Source: Octopus vulgaris
Taxonomy: Eukaryota
Length of the DNA: 64,000 bases
Assembly (NCBI GenBank): GCA_951406725.2
Contig: OX597837.1
Coordinates: 1,054,001-1,118,000, forward strand
Reading direction: 5' to 3'
The notes below the pieces were generated by a model. It saw only the letters and a program-made list of their open reading frames with translations, made no database searches and had not been told where the DNA came from. Position numbers and translations under genes: made by a program. Numbering within the stretch: position 1 is the first letter of the stretch; every line of letters starts with the position of its first letter. Positions 12,599-25,135 of the stretch are shown piece by piece.

Positions 12599-13002
12599 GT
12601 TGTGAGAATGAGAGAGAGGATGTCATACCGCTTATATACTGATATGTATTTACATATATTTTGAGTGTATAAGGATATATGTAAACGTATGTGTGTGTGT
12701 GTATGTGCGTGTAATTTAATGGCTTATGCCCTTACACAAGGCTATCAGGCTATATTTCAAAGACGATTATCAAAGAGATACGTTATTGAAGAAGTTTTGG
12801 ACGAAAATATGATTATTAATCACGTGGGAGAGAAAAACAAAGAGAAACAATTAGGAACAAACAATCTAATAACCGTTGACCATCTTATGGCTCTGAATTT
12901 TAGGTATTGAGTACATTTTGAATTGAATTTGCTTGTAGTAACACAAGACTTTCAAGCGTGCATGAACGTGCGGGAATGTGTGTATATGCGTATATGTATA
13001 TA

Positions 13003-13088
<86 letters not shown>

Positions 13089-13091
<3 letters not shown>

Positions 13092-13540
13092 CTCTTATTA
13101 TAAAAGGCAGATTTTATCTGCCTCCCTTTGGGAGTTATACAAATCTACAATATAGGATTTCTTCAATTACAATTTACCTGGCATTTTTAAGAGTACAATG
13201 CATCGCGTCATGCCAGGTCCAGTTTTTAAAATTTAAACTCCAATTAAGCAAAATTTACAGAAAACTCACATTCTGGTGTGTGTGTCAAATGCTTTTCTTA
13301 GTCTGGTTTACACCACACGCAAACGCACACACACAGTGGGCAACGAATAAAATGAAAGTAAATGTAATATTTGTTTCTGTCTGTCACGCTGATAGATACA
13401 TGAGTAAAATGTATGGGAAGCTAACAGATAACAGTGAGTGAAAATGTTCTTGGAAGAGAGTAAATTAGCGACAGTGATTTGAGGAAGACTAAACTGAAAC
13501 TATGAAACAGTGTTTATGTATAAACAGACGACACTTATAT
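13089..13540 (+). mobile_element. Probable Helitron 5' portion
   Basis: Begins A|TCTCTTATTATAAAA (Helitron-like TC 5' end) directly after (TG)n/(TA); no 3' CTAG end seen. Confidence 0.4.
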
Positions 13541-13543
13541 AAA

Positions 13544-13868
13544 CCCTTTCGTTACCAAACCGCCCGAATTTACCTATTCATATTTAAATGAGAATATCAG
13601 AGTAAATCTCTTTAGTACATTCGTGAAAACACGTATTATACTTCGTAAACACTTCAAATACAGTTTTGTACAAAAATCGAAGTGTAATTTTAATTCCGTG
13701 AATTATGGGAGATTTTTTTCCGAAATTTGTTCCTATTGTGTTTTCAAAATTTGTAATTCTGACAAAAAATGGATACGAATTTCATTATATCAAGCAGCGA
13801 GTCAGAATTCGAAGGATTTTCTACTGAAGACCTTCATAAATCTAACTCTATGACTGAAAAAAAAAGCA
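13544..13868 (+). mobile_element. piggyBac-type transposon left end with start of transposase ORF, truncated
   Basis: Starts CCCTTTCGTTACC after TAAA (degenerate TTAA). ATG at 13769 gives MDTNFIISSSESEFEGFSTEDLHKSNSMTEKK, an acidic SxSEFEGFxxED N-terminus like those of piggyBac transposases. Cut by the Helitron at 13869. Confidence 0.65.
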
Positions 13869-14263
13869 TCTTTATATAAGAGTGAAGTTGTGTGTCTGTC
13901 CCCTTCGATTTACATTCGTAATTACTCCCACATTTTGCGGTGCAGTTTAACCAAAAGCGGGTATCTTATAGTCGTGATTCATATCGAGCCCTTCTGGGTA
14001 TTAGCGCGCGTCTACGATGAGTCTACGATTTTAAAAAAATTTACCATCATATTTTTCCATTTTAATGCATTTTTTTCGCTTTTATATAAGGGAAGTAACT
14101 CTCTAAAAATATCTACGATGTGTCAACGATTTAAAAAAAATTTACCTTAATTTTTTTTCAATTTTTAATGCATTTTTTTTGCTATTTTTTGGCTATAACT
14201 CTCTAAAAATGCTTATATAGTTATTTCCCTTACAACCCGAGCAACGCCGGGCGATACTGCTAG
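13869..14263 (+). mobile_element. Non-autonomous Helitron 1
   Basis: 5' A|TCTTTATATA; 3' hairpin CCCGAGCAACGCCGGG then CGATACTGCTAG|T; internal ~90-bp duplicated unit (about 14022-14210). Confidence 0.85.
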
Positions 14264-14622
14264 TATATATATAAACGGCAAAATGTCTGTGTGTGTGTCC
14301 TTTATATAAATCCACAATTTTTCAGTTAGAGGGCTCGCACTTTCTATGGTTATTCAAAGCCGTCTAAACGTGGTCGTGCACATTTTTACATTTCCACAGT
14401 CACCGGCAAAGCTATTAAAAAATCAATGGAAGTGACTTTTTTGTGAATTTTCTATCCAAAATCCAATCAAAATGCCCGAAACTTGATACACCAATTGAAT
14501 GCCAGCTACCTGAATGTGATTGGTCGGAGATTTGGACAGTACTCGCGTGTATGTGCGCACGCACGCAGCTGTATATGCATGCACTAGCACTATGACCCGG
14601 CAACGCCGGGTCATACTGCTAG
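14264..14622 (+). mobile_element. Non-autonomous Helitron 2, tandem to Helitron 1
   Basis: TATATAAA..TGTCTGTGTG start; 3' hairpin GACCCGGCAACGCCGGGTC then ATACTGCTAG|T. Confidence 0.85.
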
Positions 14623-14682
14623 TATATATATATGATTGATTGATTCTAGTTTCAGCTCATGAGTTGTGGCCATGCTGGGGCA

Positions 14683-14764
<82 letters not shown>

Positions 14765-14767
<3 letters not shown>

Positions 14768-15371
14768 GAACACTACGCATCCATTTCCATATAAGTTTAT
14801 CTTTATTTTGATGCGACTCTACACTGTACTGTTCTCCCTCTCTCTTTCGTTTTCTCTCTCATCCTTTCTCTAATTCTCTGTTCCCCCCTTCACCGTTTTC
14901 TATCCCTCTCCATTATACTCTCTCACATTGCTCACACGGACCATCGTCCATCTTTCTTTCCCTCACGTGATCATCTTCCTTTTCATTCAGTCTGTAGTAC
15001 AGACCGCACTTATTCTTATCTGACATTTCTCCAGCATTCACTACTTTATCTCGCCTGGTCCATGTTTGTTTTCGTTTGGTCTGTTTGTATGTCCCCGTGT
15101 CCTGTTCTGTTACCAGCTTTGACCCACCGCAAAATCCTAAATTGTATTTTGGGTCCCGGGAGCAACTGCTTTTCGAAGTTTGTTATTGTCATTCAATGCT
15201 CGAAATGAGGAATAGATAGACAGCCGACAACTGATGAAGGGTTGTTCTTTATTTTACTTGTCTTGTTTTCCATTTGTTTCTCTCGTTGTTTCCATACCCA
15301 ACTTTGTTTTCGTATTCCATGTTGTTTTCGTATTTCATGATGTTCACGTTTTGTGACGTCCTGTACCAATA

Positions 15372-15402
<31 letters not shown>

Positions 15403-15588
15403 GCATATATATTTCGATTTGAAAACCCCACTAGAATGGGAGAATGCGCTAATATATGATATATGATATGTTATATGATGTATAAAAACATGTAATATAC
15501 AAATAAATATCTGTAAATATAAAACCATCCGAATTTCTGAGTACCTCATTTCTTCTAATATAAAATACCTGTACATCATCTCCAAACC

Positions 15589-15650
<62 letters not shown>

Positions 15651-15720
15651 GGTCCCGGGTTGAGTCGGGGTTAACCACAGTAAATAAGGTACTCAATAGA
15701 TAGCAGAGTAAATTAATTTA
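14765..15720. mobile_element. Cluster of probable Penelope-like element terminal fragments separated by (TA)n
   Basis: Short unique blocks embedded in (TA)n with AATAAA/TTTATT and (T)GAGTACC ends, adjoining a hammerhead-bearing palindrome; no RT or GIY-YIG ORF visible. Confidence 0.45.
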
Positions 15721-15840
15721 TTTTATAGAAGGAGCTTCTACAGGACTAGAACTGTTTCATTCAAAAGAAATCATCAGGAAGCTTCCTGATGATTTCTTTT
15801 GAATGAAACAGTTCTAGTCCTGTAGAAGCTCCTTCTATAA

Positions 15841-15842
<2 letters not shown>
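15721..15842. repeat. Perfect 122-bp palindrome (61-bp arms, no loop)
   Basis: Centre AAG|CTT at 15781/15782; every base from 15721 to 15842 is self-complementary. Confidence 0.97.
15780..15830 (+). ncRNA. Type I hammerhead ribozyme motif (mirror copy on - strand, 15733-15783)
   Basis: AGCTTC-CTGATGA-T-TTC(TTTT)GAA-T-GAAA-CAG(TTCTAGTC)CTG-TA-GAAGCT: 6-bp stem I, intact core, GUA cleavage triplet (after 15824). The first stem II position is U.U rather than the canonical G-C. Confidence 0.75.
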
Positions 15843-15892
<50 letters not shown>

Positions 15893-16278
15893 TACAAATA
15901 ATTGGAAAATGGAGAAAAACTTATATTAACCAGTTCATCAATAGGATCACATTTATTTCTAGACTACATTCTGGGAATTTAGATAAGAAACAGCTGTTAG
16001 CTTTGTTATGTCTTGCTCTGGATCAATAAACAAGCTTTAAATGTTGTCCTATCGATGTACTGGTTGATCTGTTTTTCTCTATTTTCTAATTATTTGCATT
16101 GGTTCCTGATAAACATTTGTTTATCCTATTGTCACCTGTGCCGTTGCTCGACTTTTATGATGTCTCGGCAAACCATTGCCCGACGATAACACAGGTAACG
16201 GATACTGAAAGGACACACGGATATTCTATCCCTTAGTCACTAATTACAATCGCTAACTCTCTCTCTCTCTCTTTCTAG

Positions 16279-16342
<64 letters not shown>

Positions 16343-16593
16343 CCTTAAATCCTTTAAAATGTTTTAGCCTGAAGGCCGCGGCCATATATATATTTGTGTG
16401 TGTGTGTGTGTGTGTGTGTATCACCTTCACTGACGAGTCTGTAGTGCGTCTATTTGACATCGCTGTTCACTCTTCTCTGGATGGTGCCTTTCTCATCCAC
16501 GTGATCCCAATCGTAATTCCTGAAATCGTAATTCGACCGTCGTGGTGGCCTTCCGAGTGATCGTTTCCGCTCGCGCGGGTCCAGCACGATATG

Positions 16594-17050
<457 letters not shown>

Positions 17051-17274
17051 ACGGTCCACTCTCAGCCTTCGTCAATCAAATCCACTTAATGGGTAGAATA
17101 TCTCGAAAGGGCGTATAATAGGGGCAGAGAGATAATGCTGAGATAGGACCAGATATTTAAAGTCCGGTGCCGAATGAGTTGGCTACCGGCAATGTGCATT
17201 TTTTTATCATCTTTCTGCCTAACGTATGTTTATTAATCTGTCTGTTTGTTTGTATATCTAATGTCTGTTATCTA

Positions 17275-17276
17275 TG

Positions 17277-17353
<77 letters not shown>

Positions 17354-17446
17354 GCCTGTTTGTCCGCCTGCCTGCTTGTCTGTCTCTCTGTCTGCCTACC
17401 TAGCCATCTGCCTATCTATCTGTCTACCATCTACCTACCTACCTAC

Positions 17447-17514
<68 letters not shown>

Positions 17515-17535
17515 TTATCTATCTATCTATCTCTA
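17275..17535. repeat. (TATC)n/(CTAC)n microsatellite
   Basis: Direct inspection. Confidence 0.95.
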
Positions 17536-18001
17536 TGTCTAAGAACGCTCTCCACATAAGAATATACATAGGAATATACACCAACCAACCAACCAACCAA
17601 CCAACCCACACAACTACCAACCCACCCACCCACCAACCAACCGACCGGCCGACCCACACACCTACAAACCAGTTCATCATGAAGACAGGTTGGAAACATA
17701 TTAAAATATAAAGCGACGCAAAAACGAAGCTTAAAACAGAAAAAAATAGTGTCTTGGAAAGATGAGCAGAATTAGGTGAGAGGGAGAGAGGAAGGTGTTG
17801 GTGAAGAGAGGGTAGGCTGTTGTGGGTGGTGGTAGTGGTGGCGTAGTGTTGGTGGGGTGATGGGTAAAGTTAAATGAGAGACAACGGCGTAGGATGAAGC
17901 GAGATGGAAAGATGGTGGGGAGGGGTGGGGATTAGGCCTTGTTGGGGGCAACATTTTAAGTAAGATGTCAGCCATGTTTAACGATCTGGAATAGCATGTA
18001 A

Positions 18002-18058
<57 letters not shown>

Positions 18059-18705
18059 GTATGTATATATGTGCGTGTGTGAGAGAAGGAAAAGAGAGAA
18101 ACAAGAGCAAATTTAGGCAGACAGGTGATTGATAGAAATATTGTGTGTGTGTACTTAGATATATTGATAGATAAATATAACGAGATGGATATACATATAC
18201 ACAGACAGAAAAGTGTGTGCGTGAGAGAGAGAAAGAGAGAGAGAGAGAGAGAAAGAAAGAGAGAGAGAGATGTATTGATAGATAGACGTAGAGAGAAAGA
18301 GAATGGTTGATATAAGGGATATGTAGAAAGTTTTTGTTATTAAAGAGAAAACTTAACGGGTGAAAATATATAAAAATAAAAGAAAAAAACAAAGAAAATC
18401 GAAATATAATAAAATAAAGAATTCAACAGAAAAAAAAGATAGAAAAATCCATAAATTAAGATAACATGAAAACAAAGGGGTGTGTACAAAGAACGGAATA
18501 GCTAAAGCGTAAAATGTGCTTTTGTTCATGTTTGCACAACAATCCCCACAAAAAACAGCAGTGTGGGTGTATATATATATATATATATATAAACACATAA
18601 GTTTGTGTATACATAAATACCGATATACGCTCACTCCCAGACGCGCGCACGCAAAGATTTCAGCATAGCAACATCAGAAAAATCTAGAACAATGAGCATA
18701 TGAAA

Positions 18706-18796
<91 letters not shown>

Positions 18797-19093
18797 AATA
18801 TATATACATATACGCACTCGGGAACCCGTGCCCGGTTACACACACATGCGCAGAATTGTTGCTTTCAGGCTTTCCTTGCAAATCTCACCGTATATTTACT
18901 GGTCTTGCATTCATTGATGAAACTGATCGATGATATTCGAACTGGCAATCACGTGACTTGCGTGTATTCATCAATACAACCAGACAAATGAAAAAGTATG
19001 AAGTCAAAGTTATAAAATAATTCGCTTAACGAAAGATGTTACAAAAAAGAAAGCAGAAATGAATCCCCAATTTCCGTAAGTGTGTGTGTATGC

Positions 19094-19126
<33 letters not shown>

Positions 19127-19229
19127 TTTGAGATCAGAAGAAACTCCCAAGGGAGCTGAACAACCCTACTCCAGGTAGGTGTTTTCACCCTTAAGATCAT
19201 GCTTTCCACGAAGGTTATGCAGCATCGGG

Positions 19230-19690
19230 ATCATGACTTTTGGAGGCCCTTCTGCTGACATTTTTTTAACCAGTTCAAGTTTCTGGTCCCCCGCTGTCTT
19301 TCTGTACTTCTGTGAGACTTGGACACTTTCCGCTTGAACCCTTTTGATAACAGGATGCTTCACAGGATTGTGGGTTGCCATTTGTCGGATTTTGTATCCA
19401 GCCAACAACCCTTATCAGAAACTGCGTTGCGTCCTGTCACTTGCATGATTCGAGAGTTTGCTTGATATTCCGGGATAGGTCCTGCTTATTGTGTTCTCTT
19501 TGAGAGATCCGCTGGGGTAACGGTTTGTATTGCTCGATCACATACCATATGGCCACTGCAGATGATGAAGTATTTCATGGAAATGGAGGCTGATTTGGAC
19601 ACTGCTCGGAGAGTTCCGGGACAACCCAAGGAAATACCGACAAATAGTAGCGACGTGCTGCAATAGCGTGTGTACATCGTGTCTGACTTG
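19230..19690 (+). mobile_element. Decayed RTE-clade LINE 3' fragment
   Basis: Plus-strand pieces VFLYFCETWTLS and FDNRMLHRIVGCHLSDFVSSQQPLSETALRPVTCMIRE match the RTE ORF2 post-RT motifs (LYGxETWTL; FDxxxLRRIxGxxWxDFVSN). Confidence 0.8.
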
Positions 19691-20038
19691 TAAGAACGTA
19701 TGGTGTATCACTTAGTTGTGATATCTTCTGACAAATGAAATATGTAGCTTTTAATTGTATTTATATCGTTTAAGAAAAAAATAAATACATAAACAGCTTT
19801 AACAACTAACTTTTCTGTTGTTAATTACTTATCCATTGTATGGTGCCTCTTTGCTTGGCTGCTTAGAAAGTAATGCCAAAAGTAACTTTGACAATATAAT
19901 CTTAATTTGGTGAAAGCTATCATTGCACCGGAAGCAGCAATTGTACAATCTCATCTTCAACGCATGACAAACAACTTGCTTATGTAACTCTCCCTGTCTG
20001 TCTTTCTCTGTCTGTCTGTCTGTCTGTCTGTCTGTCCC

Positions 20039-20070
<32 letters not shown>

Positions 20071-20185
20071 CTATCTATCTACCACATTACTTTCACTAAA
20101 AACGTTTTCTCCTTTTGTGTTTAATCGACAATTACATATCCAACAGCAACAATGAAACTAAACTCGACCATCGCGAGGAGACCTA

Positions 20186-20248
<63 letters not shown>

Positions 20249-21485
20249 ATCAGCATAGTTTCTTTCGCATATTGTTGATTATAAGCATTCTTGGTAATGC
20301 GAAATATATGAAAATAGTGACCACACATCTGATCAATAAGATTGCATGCAAATATAATCCAAAATAGCCATCGATTTTTACATCCAAATTATTATTCATT
20401 CTATGGTTTAACAATCCATGTCTAGATTAATAGATAGCATGCAAAATACATCAGACTATTGACCATCAATTACGTGTAGACAAATTCGTTTACACACACA
20501 CATGCGGCGCGTGCTCATACGTCTAGGATGTACATAACATCTCAGATTGTTTCAGATAATGGCGTTTAATAAAATAGTGGTTAGCGCAAAATGCATTCAA
20601 AAACTGCTCACAAATATAGAGATATTATTAGCAGTGCAACTATTACAATGTAATATTAGTATAGCTCGCACAAATACTAACTACGCATGTAGATATAATG
20701 GTGAAATGCTGACCATATTTGTTGTACTAGTTAGCATTTCATTGTACCAGTTGTATACTATGTGTATATGACGACGACTAAAGTGAAACACTGGCTATGT
20801 CTGTGAGTTTTTGACATCTTCAAATCTTCATAAGCAAACGATATTCTCAAATATTGACAATATATTTTATGATTTCAATTTGATATTAGACCAAATATTT
20901 TTTTCTGGAGATGTACATGAAAGATGCAGTTTGTTCGTTTCCAGAACGATCCCAGTCCAAGTTCATCTCCAGTATTTGGTGTCTAGGGGTGCTTAAAAAG
21001 GCTCTGGGTGGACACTAATTCGTAATAACGCTGAAGTGGATTTTCGAAATAAATGTATCTCTGTAAATCTGAGGGTGCTCCACTGAACAGCGAGGGGATA
21101 TTTAATCCTTCTCAGCGCCACCTTAACGACGGGCGTGACCTCCTGGCCTCATATATCCTTAAAGTTTATTTAGCTTTCCATTCTCTACCAAGCACCACCG
21201 TCGCCATCATCATCGATGGCATCAACAAGTCAACGACGTGGTGTAAATAATTGGTCGGTCAAAATGCGAGAAATAGAGCCTAGTTACTCATAAAGAATAA
21301 AGTATCGCATTTAATGAGATAAGGATGAAACTGAATAATGTAGTCCGCTGTGAATCGAATTGTTGATATAGAATAAAAGAAGGTGCCACGGCTGGAAGGT
21401 CTTTGATTATGTCTACTCAATCAGGGCCAATTTCGGATTAAATAACAATTATTCAAAGACGCTCATATATATATATATATATATA

Positions 21486-21532
<47 letters not shown>

Positions 21533-21549
21533 GAAGGAGAGAGAGCACG

Positions 21550-21790
21550 GTTCGAATCACGAGGAAGCACGAGAAATAGCAGCCAAATCTTTCTTAAATG
21601 AAACCCTGCCGTCTCAAAAAGAAAAACAAAGGTAATGTTAGATAATGTAGTTCTAGATACACTATCTCAGTAAAAAAAAAAAAGAAATAAAAAAGGAAAG
21701 ACGGCACGAATCATGGCGAAAATGCTTTTGATTATCGGTTCTGCTCCATCAGGGTTGACCTGGTGCTTAACAACAGCAACAACAATCAGA
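21550..21790 (+). repeat. Interspersed family D with (AAC)n tail
   Basis: AGAAATAGCAGCCAAATCT..GATAATGTAGTTCTAGAT..CAGGGTTGACCTGGTGCTTAACAACA. Related copies at about 31140-31285, 40790-41010(-), 45710-45900, 52570-52680, 57560-57760, 62490-62570(-), 63130-63250. Confidence 0.75.
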
Positions 21791-21864
21791 AACAATAACA
21801 ACAACAGCAACATTAGTAAACAGAACAGCATCAAATTCGTAACATCCAAAGTATTTCTTTCATG

Positions 21865-22000
21865 TAATGGCGGCGATTAACAAAAGAAAGAAGAAAAAAA
21901 AACTTCTGAATTTTGCTTTGAGAGAAAACAAAGTTGGAAAAGAAAAGGGGAAAAAAACTCGCAACAAAATGGCGGCGTGGTATTGAAGAAGAATGGCGGC
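21865..22000 (+). promoter_or_regulatory. Cluster of three YY1/Pho-type motifs
   Basis: TAATGGCGGCG (21865), CAAAATGGCGGC (21965), AGAATGGCGGC (21990) in non-repeat sequence. Motif match only. Confidence 0.45.
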
Positions 22001-22177
22001 CATATTGCCATTGCTGTATAGCTGTGGTGGTGGTTGAAGTAATGGTGTTGGTGTTGGCGGTTTACGTAGTGGTGGGGATGCGAGTAATGGCAAGGGACGA
22101 TTATAGAAGCAAAGCGGTCGGCGATCGAATCTCTGTTGTTTCTGCAGTTTTTCTTCACTTTCATGTTGTTATTCCTA

Positions 22178-22192
22178 CCGCTAGGTGGCGTT
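22178..22192 (+). promoter_or_regulatory. CTCF-like motif
   Basis: CCGCTAGGTGGCGTT closely fits the CTCF core CCASYAGRKGGCRSY. Motif match only. Confidence 0.45.
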
Positions 22193-22740
22193 ACACAAAC
22201 AACAGAGCTTACATAGTGAGGTGAAGAGGTGGGAGAAGGATATATGGGGGTGGGGGTTGTGTGTATGTATGAACAACTTGTGTTGGTGTTGTTTTAGGTG
22301 CGTATGCTTATCTGTGTATACGAGTTTGTATGAAGGTACGATATGGAATAAGTGTGTGTGTGTGCGTGTGTGTGTGTGCGCATGTATGTGTGTGTATCTC
22401 TCTCGATACTTCTATACTGATAACCATTCATGAATGCCTCACTTTTCCTTCTCCCCGACACCGACTCCTTCCTCCATACCTTCCCCACCTAATACTCTCA
22501 CCCACCCCTACACACAACCACTCACCACCACCACATCCATTCCGACTGTTGAAGCACTTTTCATGTAACGCACCCCTTCCTTCTACCCGACTGGTGGTAC
22601 AAAGTAGGGGTGGGGGGATACGAACACCCGTCTCCACCCCCGCCTACCTCATGCATATAACGAACGGCGAACGTATCGGTAATTGACTTAACAGTGTCAA
22701 TCTTCTTCTTCAGCATATACTGTAAGCGTATGTGTAGAAC

Positions 22741-22915
22741 TGCAGACATTGAGGCGTGGTTAAGGAATTCGTTTCGTATCCATGAGGCTGCGAGTTCCAT
22801 TCCTATCTGCAACACTTGGAACAAGGATCTTCTTCAACCACCTCGCTCCGACTAATGCAACGTCAGGGAATTTCGTAGAAGGATACTGCACAAAAGCTCA
22901 CCGTGTGTGTGTGTG
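22741..22915 (+). mobile_element. Old, highly diverged SINE family B 5' half
   Basis: GCGTGGTTAAGG..GAGTTCCATTCC..CTTGGAACAAGGATCTTCT..GAATTTCGTAGAAGGA aligns by eye to the family B head and core. Confidence 0.55.
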
Positions 22916-23129
22916 TGGCTAAAATGGGATTTTCAATATATTACAGCTGTTCGGTAGGATTTTATTGATGTTACAGATTACGTCAGAGAGTAAATCTCAG
23001 GTAAAATTTTAAACGGCTAAGGTAAAACCTTGATGCTGACCTGTTCAACAACCAACATACTAAATAAATGAGGGTGCGCCTAGATTCTAATAAATCTTGT
23101 AACCAACCAATCTCTCTCTCTCTCTCCCC

Positions 23130-23174
<45 letters not shown>

Positions 23175-23888
23175 CATGTGGGGGGTGTAGCCTCTTGAAA
23201 CGGTCGTACTGCATCACTACTTGATATTCTGTTACTTATTTTAATTATATATATATATATATATAAAGGTTGTTCGTTATTTTTGTCTTCAATCTACAAA
23301 GAAATAGGCAACTTTGATACTGTATGTGTGTATACGCATATATACGCATCATCATCATCATCACCAATTTACCTCGGTGCAACTAGACGTTCGGATGCCA
23401 CTCTGGACCCTTTTGTAGTTTTCTGGTAAAAAAGAATACTTTGGTTTCCGACAGCAGAATCCTTGGCGATGAACGGGTACTCACCTGGTTCTCACCTGAC
23501 TCACACCTTTGGCTCCAACGCTAGTCACAGTAACTACTTCTGCTTGTAGATTAAACTTATTGAGGAGTGGTATACTTGAAGTGGTGCACACCGCCAAGCT
23601 ATAGTAAAGGCGACTGACATGCCACTGTAGAAACTCACTCAGTATACTTTCTCATAAAAGTGACATTTTTTTCCACTCATAAATGGTTACTCTTAAAATT
23701 CGCCGCGTCACTCCTCTCACTTGCAGATGAGTCACGCCACCTTCGCTCTTTAGGATACAAAAATGTGTTTTTCTTCTCTACAGATTGTATGAAGTTCTTC
23801 ATCAGATAATTTAACACACACCTATACGTTAAGCATTCACCACACAGTCATGAAAATACATATACACGTGTGTCTATGTGCATATATA

Positions 23889-23946
<58 letters not shown>

Positions 23947-24506
23947 AGAACACAATATTTCCATCCGACACGTGTTTCTGCTTTCCCTTGAAGTAGCATT
24001 TATATACATTTCGTTGATTCCGTTTCAGTACATGTTCATCCAGGGTATATTCATCCAAGTGGCTTTGTTCAAGGTTGTACACATGGTGTGTGTCTGTGTG
24101 GTGGGGGGAAAGTGAACTGAGAGACTTTGTGTGTGTGGGTGTGTACGTAGTGAACTGATAAAATCCAAAGATTCTCGGTATAGGAGACACTTCGCAGCGC
24201 TCAAATAATTCCAACTTAAGTAGGGACCATTTCTGAGGGTGAAGGGGTAGCTGTAAGAGGAATCCAGGTATGCAGATAAACAGATTAAATATAACAGTTT
24301 GGGTTTGGTATACAATATATATCCAATATATACACTATATATGCGGGCTGAGAGATCCCTCATAATATTGGTAGATGTAGGTTCCCCAAAATTGTATGCA
24401 GACAGCAATGGAAGGAGATACACATTGGATAAATCGAGCGTCCATCATTGGGGTAGAAAAAAATCTTATATTTCATATTATGAAGCAGAGAAGTTTAAAG
24501 GTGAGG

Positions 24507-24572
<66 letters not shown>

Positions 24573-24575
<3 letters not shown>

Positions 24576-24904
24576 TAGTACCTCGGTTTTCGAACAACTC
24601 TGATCGCGAATAAATCGTTTATCACCCACATGATTCCGGGTTCAGCCCACTGCGTGGCACCTTGGGCAAGTGTCTTCAACTATAGACTCGGGCTGACCAA
24701 ACCCTTGTGAGTGGGTTTAGTAGACGGAAACATATGTATTTATATGTATGTGTGTGTTTGTCCCCGTAACTAGCAGGTCGGCAAAAGAACCGATAGAATA
24801 AGTACTAGGCTTACAACGAATAAGTTCTGGGGTCGATTTGTTCAACTAAAAGGCAGTACTCTAGTATAGCCGCAGTCAAATGACTGACACAAATAAAAGA
24901 AGAA

Positions 24905-24956
<52 letters not shown>

Positions 24957-25003
24957 CACGATTTATTTGTGATCAGAGGCGTTCGTAAACCGAGGTACTA
25001 TTG
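24573..25003. mobile_element. Tigger/pogo-like MITE (TA target) containing a nested SINE B
   Basis: TA|CAGTAGTACCTCGGTTTTCGAAC...GTTCGTAAACCGAGGTACTATTG|TA, with imperfect TIRs of about 45 bp. Confidence 0.85.
24622..24905 (+). mobile_element. SINE family B nested in the MITE
   Basis: CCGGGTTCAGCCCACTGCGTGGCACCTTGGGCAAGTGTCTTC..GGGGTCGATTTG..CCGCAGTCAAATGACTGA. Confidence 0.9.
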
Positions 25004-25075
25004 TATTAAATATGAGAAAGACAAGAGATAAAGAACGATTTATTCTTGACGAGAGTTCGAAAACCGAGGTTCTAC

Positions 25076-25135
<60 letters not shown>

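Noticed and set aside
16429-16465. CTGACGA-GTC...GAC hammerhead start
   Set aside because: No GAAA or stem III/UH follows.
23487-23624. Minus-strand open segment between TTTCTACAG and GTGAGT as an exon
   Set aside because: Peptide is unrecognisable and it adjoins a LINE-like (GAT)n 3' end; probably a decayed retroelement.
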